Source of the DNA: Eledone cirrhosa
Taxonomy: Eukaryota
DNA: 64,000 nt
NCBI GenBank assembly: GCA_964016885.1
Contig: OZ024742.1
Location: forward strand, 324,198,001-324,262,000
Direction of reading: 5' to 3'
A model generated the notes under the pieces. That model was not told the origin of the DNA. It searched no databases and saw nothing but the letters and a program-made list of their open reading frames with translations. This document shows positions 13,589 to 29,112 of this stretch, one piece after another. Both the position numbers and the translations under genes were made by a program. Positions within the stretch are counted from its first letter, which is position 1. Each line of letters starts with the position of its first letter.

Positions 13589-14628
13589 TATGGTTATGGT
13601 TATAGTTTGGGTTAGAGTTTGGTTTAGGGTTATGATTATGGTTAGGGTCAGAGTTATGGTTATGGTTATGGTTATAGTTATGGTTAGGGTCGGGTTTAGG
13701 GTTAAGGTTAAGGTTATAGTTATGGTTATAGTTATGGTTAGATAAGGTTTAGGGTTATGGTTATGGTTAAGGTCAGGGTTAGGGTTAAGGTTAAGTTTAG
13801 GGTTAGGTTTATGGTTATGGTTATGGTTAGGGTCAGGGTTAGGGTTATGGTTAGGGTCAGGGTTAGGGTTAAGGGTAAGGTTATGGTTATGGTTATGGTT
13901 AGAGTCAGGGTTAGGGTTATGGTTAAGTTTAGGGTTAGGTTTATGGTTATGGTTATGGTTAGGGCCAGGGTAGGGTTGAGGGTAAGGTTAGGGCTATGGT
14001 TATGGTTAGGGTCAGGGTTAGAGTTATGGTTAAGTTTAGGGTTAGGTTTATGGTTATGGTTATGGTTAGGGCCAGGGTTAGGGTTGAGGGTAAGGTTAGG
14101 GCTATGGTTATGGTTAGGGTCAGGGTTAGAGTTATGGTTAAGTTTAGGGTTAGGTTTATGGTTATGGTTATGGTTAGGGCCAGGGTTAGGGTTGAGGGTA
14201 AGATTAGGGTTATGGTTATGGTTAGGGGTCAGGGTTAGGGTTATGGTTAAGTTTAGGGTTAGGTTTATGGTTATGGTTATGGTTAGGGCCAGGGTTAGGG
14301 TTGAGGGTAAGGTTAGAGTTATGGTTAGGGTCAGGGTTAGAGTTATGGTTAAGTTTAGGGTTAGGTTTATGGTTATGGTTATGGTTAGGGCCAGGGTTAG
14401 GGTTGAGGGTAAGGTTAGGGTTATGGTTATGGTTAGGGTCAGGGTTAGGGTTAGGGTTATGGTTAAGTTTAGGGTTAGGTTTATGGTTATGGTTATGGTT
14501 AGGGCCAGGGTTAGGGTTGAGGGTAAGGTTAGGGTTATGGTTATGGTTAGGGTCAGGGTTAGGGTTAGGGTTATGGTTAAGTTTAGGGTTAGGTTTATGG
14601 TTATGGTTATGGTTAGGGCCAGGGTTAC
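13583..14628 (+). repeat. Interstitial telomere-like hexamer array (GGGTTA/TGGTTA/GGGTCA) with a ~108-120 bp higher-order unit
   Basis: Many TTAGGG units; recurring GTTAAGTTTAGGG...GGCCAGGG...TTGAGGGTAAGG block. Confidence 0.9.
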
Positions 14629-15374
14629 GGTTTGTGTTAGTGTTCCATAGATATAACTACCCGCCGTCGAAACCAACTTCAATTTTGACCCTCTTTTCCA
14701 TTTTATGCTATTTGGGATATACATGTACATTGCTACACAGAAGTGATTACAAAAATATTCATCATCATCATCATCATCGCCGCCGTTGTCATCGTCGTTA
14801 ACATCATCCCCGTCACGATCTCGAACACCCCCATCACTACCATCACCTTCCTCCTCCTTCTCCTCCTCCTCCTCCTCCTCCTCCTCCTCCCCCTCCCCCC
14901 TCCTCCTCCCCCCTCCTCCTCCTCCTCCTCCTCCTCCTCATCATCATCATCATCGCTAACATCATCACCACCACGACTTCCACCACCAGCATCACAACCA
15001 TCACCTTCATCATCATTATCACCCCCCCCCTCATCACCCTCCTCCTCCTTCTCCTCATCCCCCTTCTCATCGTTATCATCATCATCATCGTTAACATCAT
15101 CACCACCACGATCTTCACCACCAACATCACAACCATCACCTTCATTATCATTATCCTCGCCTTCCTCTTCCTTCCCCCTTTTAATCATCATCATCACCAT
15201 CGTCGTCACAGACATCATCATCATCACCATCGTCGTCACAGACATCATCATCATCATCCTCATCACCATCACAACTACTGTACCTGGTGACGTAATAACC
15301 ACCTGCCAATCAGAGGCTGTCATAGATTAGGGACTGGAAAATCAGGAATGAAACGGTTAAATCATTCAATACAC

Positions 15375-16172
15375 GAACACACACATACACACACATGCAT
15401 ACACATACACACACATGCATACACATACACACACATGCATACACATACCCCCCCACACACACATACACACACATGCATACACATACACACACATGCATAC
15501 ACATACCCCCCCCACACACACATACACACACATGCATACACATACCCCCCACACACATGCATACACATACCCCCCACACACATGCATACACATACCCCCC
15601 CACATACATACACACACATGCATACACATACCCCCCCCACACATACATACATACAGATACACACATACATACACACACATTCATACACACACATACATAC
15701 ACATACCCCCCACACACATATATACACATAAACACATACATACACACACATTCCCACTCATACATACACATACCCACACGTTCACACACACATGCATACA
15801 CATACACACATACACACATACATACATACATACATACATACACACACATACACACACATACATACACATACATACACATACACACATACATACATGCACA
15901 TTCACACACATACATACACATTCACACCCATACATACACATACACACATTCACACACACACATACATACACATACATACACATACACACACACATACACA
16001 CACATTCACACTCATATATACACATACACACACACATTCACAGAATTTCACACACATACACACTCATACACACACACGCCCACCCTGACACACTCACACA
16101 CACACACACGCACATACACACGCACACATATACACACACATACACGCACACATAAACACACACGCATACACT

Positions 16173-16204
<32 letters not shown>

Positions 16205-16680
16205 GACACACACACACATACACACACATGCATACCCCCCACACATACACACACACACACACGCTCATGCACACACACACATGCGCGTTCACCCTGACAC
16301 ATTCATAGATTAGGGACTGGAAAATCAGGAATGAAACGGTTAAATTACTCAATACTCGAACACAGACACACACACACCCACACACTCACCCTAATACACT
16401 CTCACACGCACACATGCACGCACACATACTCATCCAGGCACACACACACACATCCAAAGGGACACACATCCAGAAATACAAACACACACACACGCTTACT
16501 CACACAAACATACACACTCACATTCACATACAAACGCACACGCACACATCCTGACACATACACACAATCTAACACACACAAGTAGAAACACACATATACA
16601 TACACTCACACACATACACACACTCATACACATACATTCAACACACATGGGTATACATTTTCACAAACATACATACACAC
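15375..16680. repeat. Complex (CA)/(CATA) microsatellite region
   Basis: Low-complexity CA-rich sequence. Confidence 0.9.
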
Positions 16681-17277
16681 AGTCATAACTATACAACTAT
16701 TCATAGGTTTTATAAATATTTATGTGCATGTGCATGTACTTATGCATGTTTAATGTTAGATATGAATGCTGGCATTATCTTTCCCTCTCTCTCTATCTTT
16801 CCCTATACATATATATGTATACAAATATAAGAGAGTATTGAAGTTTGCTTGAAGCATTGTGGAATAATAACAAATTTGGTCGTTTTGGAAGAAACCTCAA
16901 GAATGCTGATGGGTAAATCTCCGGGTAACAGAATCCGGTGGTGAAGAGAGAGATGTAAGAGGACATGCAGAATGAGATGTATAGTGTGTAGAGGAACGTA
17001 GGAAAGAGCATAACAGATAAAAATAATAACACGAGATAGAGTTACCTTGGGAGAGATTTAATTGTCACTATATTTCGGATTTCGCATCCATCAACTGGGG
17101 GGTTTTCCGAGGGGAAAAGTTATCTGTCGGAGAGGAAGGGTACATGGCGTCTGTTACCGCCGTTTGTATGATATATATATTTATATAGTAATAATAATAA
17201 ATGTGAAGACTAAAATCCAAAGAGGGCTAATAAGGATAAATATATATCAAATATATAAGAACCATAGAGCAAATATT

Positions 17278-17427
17278 TATTAAAATAACAGATCAAAGTT
17301 TAAGCAAAGAATCGCTGCTTTCACCCTTAACGGAATCTTCTGAAACATATACACACTAGGTTTCAGAAGATCCCGTTAAGGGTGAAAGCAGCGATTCTTT
17401 GCTTAAACTTTAATCTGTTATTTTAAT
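17278..17427. repeat. Near-perfect hairpin (~68-bp arms) with a degenerate HHR-like motif near the turn
   Basis: TAAAATAACAG...CTTCTGAAAC atatacacactag GTTTCAGAAG...CTGTTATTTTA. Confidence 0.8.
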
Positions 17428-17437
17428 ATATATATAT

Positions 17438-17617
<180 letters not shown>

Positions 17618-17658
17618 ATGATATTAATAAATGGGAATTATATTTATAAAACCATATT

Positions 17659-17719
17659 TATTCTATTATATATATTTCAAGGGTTCCAAAACTTTGGTAC
17701 GCTCTCATCAGATAAAATA
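17659..17719 (-). ncRNA. Minimal type I hammerhead ribozyme
   Basis: Minus strand: TATTTTAT-CTGATGA-stem II-GAAA-TATATA-TA-ATAGAATA (8-bp stem I with one GU pair). Confidence 0.75.
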
Positions 17720-17888
17720 CAAAGTTTGTTTTATAAATACTGACATACCCAGGAATGATCCCTTAACGGTTCAAGTTTCTCCTGGATAGGATTATACTCC
17801 AGAAAACTTGTCGTGTGCTTCGAATCTGTTATAAATATATTTGTTGAATTACCAACAAATTAAATATCCCGTTGCTTATATATATATA

Positions 17889-18645
<757 letters not shown>

Positions 18646-18812
18646 GTGTTAAGTATTTCCAAAGAAAAAGCAAAGGAAAATAAAAGTGTTCTATGTATAA
18701 TACAGAGCTGTTTAATTAGACGTATGTTAATATTGTTGAGGGTCATGAAACCATTGGTAATAGAGTAGTTATATTGTGTTGTTTACTTACTATATATATA
18801 TATATATATATA

Positions 18813-19850
18813 TAAGATCAAAAGTTCCAAGTATTTTATTATGCGTATTTCAAAAACAAATATCATCATGGGATGATATTTGCGTTCTCATCAGATAAAA
18901 TAGGGAAACATGATACGAAGCTTAAAAGACACTTGTGAGCAGTGAAGTTTTAAATCAACATATGAAAAATAAAGTAAGATGGATATATGGGATTGGGAAA
19001 AAAGGAGGGGGGGGGGGTAGGAAAAGGTAAGAAAGAGGAAGAAAGAAAATAAAGGATGATGGGGGGGGGGGGGGGGGAGTATAAGAAGGAAGCATGGGAG
19101 AGGAGGAGAAATGAGTGATAGAGAGAGAGAATTAGCCTTTACAACTGAGAAAACATTGTCTCACAGAGAGAAATTAAAAAACCGCTGGAAGATAATAGAT
19201 AATTTAAAAAGATTTTGAAATTAAGAGTTAATGAGGTTTATGGATGTTGATGTTTATGATTAAAGAAAAAGGAATTAAGAATAGTATTAATTTAAGGTTT
19301 ATATATTGAAGGGTTTAATAATATGTGCGAAAAAAAGAATTTATTAATATGTATTATTAAAATAAAAATATTAATGATATTAAGGATATAATGTGAAAAA
19401 AGGAGAAGAATAAATGAATTATGAACTTAGAGGAATTAGTTAGGGTTTAAGTTTGTTTTTATGTATTATAATATGTAAAAGTAAATAATAGGTTTAAAAC
19501 GAGCACGGAAGGAGAGAAGAAAAAAGAGAATTTAAGGAAGAAAAAATATCTAACGTCAAAAGGTATATATGTTTACAAAAATTTGCTAATGGTAATATTA
19601 TTATATGTTAAAAAATATAGTTTTTATGGCCAATAATATGAGGAAAAATGGAAAAATGGAAAATGCTGTAGTGAGTAATAATATGAATTGAGAAGTAATT
19701 GGGAAGTAAAAGTTACAGATTAAAGATGAGAAATTAAAAAAGAAAAAAGGGAAGAAAGGAAAAAGGATAAAAGAAGAAAGATAGGGGACCTCTAACGACA
19801 TAGAATGAGTAAATTGTATAATATAATATACTGAAGGATATTATATTATA
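18813..19850 (-). mobile_element. Naiad-family Penelope-like 3' fragment with HHR at 18832-18902
   Basis: Homologous to the 37702-38800 region; TATTTTAT-CTGATGA...GAAA-TACGCA-TA-ATAAAATA. Confidence 0.7.
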
Positions 19851-20290
19851 CAGGATATACCATCGAGTGCTTCGATCAGCGTCATCGCTAGTAACTACAA
19901 GTTACCCACATAATAACACACATACATATATATATATATATAGTTGCTAGCTGCTGTGTTGTTAAACGGGTTTAAGCGGGTAGAGCACTCCACGTCAATT
20001 GTATCAATCTTGCTAACGGAGTTATCATGTATGAAATAAACGTTAAGACAGAAGTTATAAAAATCATATTTACTATTATACGTATTTCTGTGACGAATAT
20101 AAGACGAATATAAGACGATGTAGGTCGATGAGACACAAGAAATCACAGCAATTACAATACTGTGATTACAGTCAGTTGCATTTTGGTGTCCCCCCAAAAT
20201 GTATACACACTTTCATTACCTGTACAGGAATTGTTTATTAGAATGCTGTTAAAGTGTGTGTGTATATATATATATATATATAAATATATA

Positions 20291-20330
<40 letters not shown>

Positions 20331-20442
20331 AACCAGTAAGACCCCAGGGGTCTTACTGGTTCCTATTATCCACTCTACTACCTCAAGTATTGAGTACTTT
20401 GGTGCGTTATGGTCCACCTGGTTCCTTACCACATTTCCTTCG

Positions 20443-20483
<41 letters not shown>

Positions 20484-20487
<4 letters not shown>

Positions 20488-21766
20488 GTAGGAGGTGAGT
20501 TTTATAGTACAATAAAGCAATGCAGATATCGGATAATAAGCACTCTACAGTTTGTAGGACTGGAGTATACATAATATATAAGAACAAAAGATGGTTAAAA
20601 GAGTTCTATGTATTTTATTATGCGCATTTCAAAAACAAATATCATCATGCAATAATATTTGTGTTTTCATCAGATAAAACATGAAGACATGATATGAAGG
20701 TTAAAAAACACTTGTGGATAGTTCAGTTTTAAATCAACATATGAGAAGTAGTTTTAGATTGATGTGTGATATTGGGAAAAATATTTTATTTAGAGGGGGG
20801 TGGGGTGGGGTGGAAAGGATGAAAAAGAAGAGGAGATGAGAGTAAAAAGTGGAGAGGGAGGAGTATAATGAGGAAGGATGAGATAGGAGGAGAGATGGGT
20901 GATAGAGAGAGAGAGATAGCTTTTATAACTGAGAAAGATATATTGTTTTACATAGAGAGGTTGAAAACCGTTGGAAGATAATGAATAAATTAAAAGAATT
21001 TGAAAATTAACGAAGAGAAAAATAATGTAAAGTTAAGGTTTGTTTATTGAGGGGTTTGATAATATGTGCGATGAAAAAAGAAAATGTTAATATGTATTGA
21101 GAATAATGTTTAAGGGTTTAATAATATGTGCGATGTTAAGAAGATGTTGATATGTATTATTAAAAGGAACAACAGGTTATTTAAGTAAGGAAATATTGTG
21201 AGATGAATGAGTTAGATGAAAGGGAGAAAAGAATAATGAATTGAGGATGAATAATCTAACGTCAAAAAAATGTATATGTTTACGAAGGATTTTTACAAGG
21301 TGATATAGAGTAAGAATGTATTGTATTATGTAATAATTGATTCTATGTTAGGCAAGAGTGAGAAAAGGTACAGATTAGGGGTTAGACATTAAAAGAAGAA
21401 GAGAAGAATGAGTAACAAGTATTATAGAATGTATAATAACCTTTGAAATAAGGTAGAAAGATGGGTATATTTTTAAAAGAAGTGTATATATATGTGCCTT
21501 TGAGAAAAAGATTCTAAATTGATAAAGAATTGAATATTAGCTGTATACTTTGTGAAATGTTTTATGGAATTTATGCAAGCAGATAGAAAACAAGTCAGTG
21601 CGTCTATTTATTATAGAATCTAAATTAGAAATAATGGTAAATTTTTCATTTAGGCAGAGATTGCAAATTTTGGATAGAGAACTGTTCAAGTATGGAGACG
21701 CAGAAGAAACCTTCTTCCAAAAGATGCTATATTGACAAAAATATTGACAAAAATATTAAATATAGC

Positions 21767-21772
<6 letters not shown>
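20484..21772 (-). mobile_element. Naiad-family Penelope-like 3' fragment with HHR at 20611-20681 and the GIY-YIG C-terminus
   Basis: Minus strand ~21540-21735 encodes KICNLCLNEKFTIISNLDSIINRRTDLFSICLHKFH; short terminal inversion at 21720-21772. Confidence 0.8.
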
Positions 21773-21838
<66 letters not shown>

Positions 21839-22153
21839 ACCAATATTGGGTATTCTTTTAGCTATGAATGAGTAGTGAATAGGTTATCCCCAAAAGTTGG
21901 CAAGGTAAATGCGCTGAATAACCAGTCCAACGTGCAGGGCTCGTTTTTACATATAGCTGAATCCCCCCCGATTGCAGTAAATAGAGCGGTGTTTCGAGGA
22001 GCTAGGGTGCCAAAATTCGACAATAAACCTATTAGAGAGCGGCCAGTAATATGTCAGCTTCCGATCTCCAGTCGGTATGGCAATACAGTCTGGGTCTGAC
22101 GCTGATTTTATCAGGTTGCCATTTAAGAAAGTATTGCTGAATCTTGCTCCTAA

Positions 22154-22228
<75 letters not shown>

Positions 22229-22231
<3 letters not shown>

Positions 22232-22399
22232 GTATATATAGTGTATTTTGCAATACACTGTATGCTTGATTAAAAGCATTTTGAAGACCTTACGCTATTG
22301 TTTTAAAGTAGTGACTATGTTACCTACTTCTTTTTTCAGCAAACAAAGGGAGAGAATTAAGCATACAGTGTATTGCAAAATACACTACATATATACATT
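22229..22399. mobile_element. MITE-like element with ~40-bp TIRs inside (TA)n
   Basis: AGTGTATTTTGCAATACACTGTATGCTT / AAGCATACAGTGTATTGCAAAATACACT. Confidence 0.7.
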
Positions 22400-22432
22400 C
22401 ATATATATATCGCTATTTCAGAGCACCAATTC

Positions 22433-22473
<41 letters not shown>

Positions 22474-23425
22474 GAAAAATGGAGTGCTGCGTGGTTGCAC
22501 ATGGGTTACATATTAATAAAATTAGTCCTTCATCAGTGATCTTCCAACCTTCATTGGTATTTCATCGCTTTAAAAATCATATACCTCTGGTTGGTGCGAG
22601 CAATAACTAAATAAAGTTATTGGGACAAGTAAATATATATATATGTATATATATGTATATATATAAGGATGCCACCTCGGAACGGAAAGATTGTTATACC
22701 CCAAACTATATATTTGGGTTTGTTTATACCTAGCACTTGGTATTTTGGTCTAAAGCCTATTCGGATAAGTAGGTTCTATGAATATCCGCCTCTACACAAT
22801 CGCACATTTTTCTGAGGGCCGAAAGCAGTCATATTCTTCCTTTAAAAATCATTTTCGAAGGTTCTGCTTACACTGAGGTCTTGTAAGCGGGAGGTTTAAC
22901 TGGCGGATCGGTCCAAGCTTAGCGTAAGAAGGAAGCCCCCGTGAATATCTGAACCTCACCGTGGCTTGAAAGCCATCATCATCTGCTTTGCAAACTTCCC
23001 CTCGGCGCTGGCTCTGCTTGTACAATCATTCTGCTTAAGAAATGTTGTTTATTTCCTATCAAGCTGAGCTAGTGGGGAAGTATGGAAAGCAAGAAAAAAA
23101 AGGTGCTCTATGATTTTACTTCCATTCTTTTTCTATTTTTCTGTCAAAAACATCAGATACGGAAAATTCATTCAAATGGCATGTTCTTATAAATGGAATT
23201 AATACGTAATCATGTCTATCATTCCCATCTTTTATCTCCATCACTTTTTTTCTCTCTCTCTCCCCCCTCTGACTATCTATTACTTTATCTATATATCCAC
23301 CTATCTATGTAATATATTTATCGTTTTCTTCATCTCTTTCTCTCTCTATTTCTCCCTCTCTTTCTCTCTATATATATGCATTCATACATATTTATTTCTG
23401 TCTATCTGTCTGTCTGTCTCCCCCC

Positions 23426-23517
<92 letters not shown>

Positions 23518-23668
23518 ATATGTACTGTGTATAAGACCTACTCCCACAATGAGCCCCAGCATGAATTTTATGTTGCTCTCTAATATAAGCTCCATTCCCG
23601 AAAATAAGCACTAGTGCCTTGTTTTTTAGGGAAATAATATAAAACCTGTCTTTTAACAGAGGAAACAT

Positions 23669-23758
<90 letters not shown>

Positions 23759-23801
23759 TACATATATATATACATCTCTCTTTCTCTCTCTCTCTCTCTC
23801 C

Positions 23802-23845
<44 letters not shown>

Positions 23846-24271
23846 GTGTATATCCCGTTTTCCCTCATTAATTCTGTATGATGTTTGTTATAGATGTGAG
23901 AATGTGAGAACAACGTGACATAACAGATGCAATACTGTGCAAGTGAATGATTACAATGGAATCTTAACACATCAACGTACTTCAAAGCTTTATTTCATTC
24001 TACACATTCAGCTGTGTAACAGCAAGATGGATCACATGCACAAACAAATTCACACGCGCGCACACATCAGCACATCAGTGCACAAACCTGTATACGCATA
24101 CATATATACAGACATATATATATATATATGTATGTATACATATATACACACACCCAGACACATATATACATAAATACACACACACACACACACACACGCA
24201 CATATATATATACATGCAAGTATATACGTATGCATATGTATTCAGGTTTACATAAATTGCTGCGCAATTAT

Positions 24272-24383
<112 letters not shown>

Positions 24384-24453
24384 GCACACATACATAGATA
24401 CTTAGACGTTGTATACTTAGATATACATACATCAGTTTAACACATACTCTCAC

Positions 24454-24484
<31 letters not shown>

Positions 24485-24514
24485 TGTATGTATGTATGTA
24501 TGTATGTATGTATG

Positions 24515-25105
24515 TCAGGTCACCAGTTGGTGCTACTGGTAACATGTATCCCAGTGCAACCTGTCTCATGGTCGGGTCGTTGGCGACTAAACTGGCAACC
24601 CCACCAAGGTTTCTTGGTGAGGAGGGTGACTTTGGACATCCTGCAGGACTAAAAACAAAACCTGTCAAAGAGTCAATGGCCATCCAAAATCACCGGGAGA
24701 GATGACCCCTTAGCCTTTGTAAAGGCAGAATTCTAGGAGAAGGAAAACTCTAATATAACACCTGCAACCCTGATGGTATCCAATGATGTTGACTTGTTCT
24801 TCTTTTTGGTAAATATCATCTTGGTTAAGAGAGTGGGACTGGCTTTGTGCAGTGCCTTTGCTCACTATAAAAGCTTCACGGCACAGGCATTGCTTTATAT
24901 CTGGAGATCTCTCTGCACTTGTCGTCACATGGAACCATGGGCCCAGCACTATGTGTCAATAATTGTCATAAGTGTAGTGTTTGTACCAGAGTTTTCAAGT
25001 CGCTAGCTGGACTAAAATGTCACACTCGTTCAGCGCATCGGTAGGAGTTCTCCTACATGGATATAAAGTAGTGGCCGTACTCGAAAACGAGTTGGCAGCC
25101 ACCAT
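24515..25105 (+). mobile_element. Non-autonomous retroelement resembling an RTE 5' UTR, within (TATG)n; related diverged copy at 25157-25495
   Basis: Both copies share TAGCCTTTGT, GAGAAGG, AGAGTGGGA, AGGCATTGCT and end in GGCAGCCAYCATG-(TATG)n. Confidence 0.5.
24518..24595 (+). ncRNA. Candidate degenerate HDV-like ribozyme
   Basis: P1 GGTCA/TGGTC, P2 CCAGT/ACTGG, P4 TCG ttgg CGA, J4/2 CTAA; P3 imperfect. Confidence 0.4.
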
Positions 25106-25713
25106 GTATGTATGTATGTATGTATGTATGTATGTATGTATGTATGTATGTATGTGCGAGGACAGAAATAATCGGGCTGGATACCCAATCGCGTGGTTAA
25201 ACCAGTGACCTAGCCTTTGTCAGGGCATTCTTCTAAGAGAAGGCTACTCAGGAAACTGGGATAACTCCGACATAAAACCTGCGGCTCAGTAATTACCGCT
25301 GATGTTGATCTTTTCTTCTTTTCGGGTTCTAGCTACTGTCGCTCAAAGAGTGGGATTGGCTCAGTGCACAGTCTTTCCTCACTTAAAAAAAAATGTTCAC
25401 GCAAAGGCATTGCTCGATAGCATTGATTGATAATTATTAATAATGTTATATCGTGCAATGGCCACACTCGATAACGAAGGGGCAGCCATCATGTGTGTAT
25501 GTATGTTCTGGTTTTATAATTTTATAAATTCTTACCAATAGAGAGAGTCGGTTTCTAAAATAGACCCAAGGCTCTCTCATTGGAATTTAGACAACATCAA
25601 CTAGGTAGATATGTCTGCATGTCTGCATGCGTGTGTGGGTGTGTGTGTGTTTGCAGGTATGGATGTTATTATATGTAGGGATGTGCATGTTGTGAGTTAT
25701 ATGTGCATATGTT

Positions 25714-27807
<2,094 letters not shown>

Positions 27808-27829
27808 ACACACGCACACGCACGCACAC

Positions 27830-28005
<176 letters not shown>

Positions 28006-29112
28006 GAAGCTATTATTTTTTCAAAATATATAGGGCTTATTTGTTTCTTCTGACAGAGATATTTTTTGCGACTCGTTTCTTTAAATTCAAAAATCTAAAG
28101 CTAACATCAATCTGATTTCAGATTTTATTTTACACTTGATTTATAAACACAATTTGCTGATTATTATATTCTAGGTTTGTAAAAGATTGTGTAAAAACCT
28201 TTAGTTTTGTGAAGTTACTAAATGATTGAATTATCGATCGGTTGATTTATTGATTTATCGATTTGTAAATATATACAGACACTAATGGATAAAGTGTAGA
28301 GAGACAAACTGTCATAACAAACATAGACATAAAATATGGGCTGCGTTGAAAAGGATGACAAACAAACAGATAAATATGTAACGAAATCGTATGTAGCCAG
28401 CTTGTACTTTATTCTAAACTTTGTTTTAGATTAACTGATGTATTCTCTCTGTTACCGTTCAACATCGTTTCTGTTAGTTTTCTATTCAAAAGAAAATAAC
28501 GTGTATTGAATGATAACTGAGGTGTCTGTACAACACAACCCTGTCTGTACAACAAAGCCGTGTTTCTACCACAGTCTGTACCTCACATCTTATGTCACTC
28601 AGCCTGTCACAGACGTAGACAAGAGATAGTCTGGTTCCTCCTCACGGCAGCGATGCATCTCAAAATCTTCTTCTTCTTCTTCTTCTTCTTCTTCTTCTTC
28701 TTCTTCTTCTTCTTCTTCTTCTTCTTCTTCTTCTTCTTCTTCTTCTTCTTCTTCTTCTTCTTCTTCTTCTTCTTCTTCTTCTTCTTCACTAAAGTCAATA
28801 ACGAAATCAATAAATACATATATACATAGATACATACATACATACATACATACATACATACATACATACATACATACATACATACATACATACATACATA
28901 CATACATACATACACACACACATACATACACACATACATACACACATACATACACACACACATACATACACACATACACACACACATACATACACACATA
29001 CATACACACATACATACACACATACATACATATATAAAATCGCAGCCGGACACACATATTCACACATATATATTCGTTGCGTTTGCGTGAATTTTTGACT
29101 TATTCTAATTTA

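Noticed and set aside
17064-17100. HHR-like GGAT/ATCC stem followed by GAAA on the minus strand
   Set aside because: The CUGANGA core is incomplete and there is no stem I
22477-22575. Minus-strand CTGATGA with an upstream GAAA as a type II HHR or SECIS
   Set aside because: The required stems could not be formed
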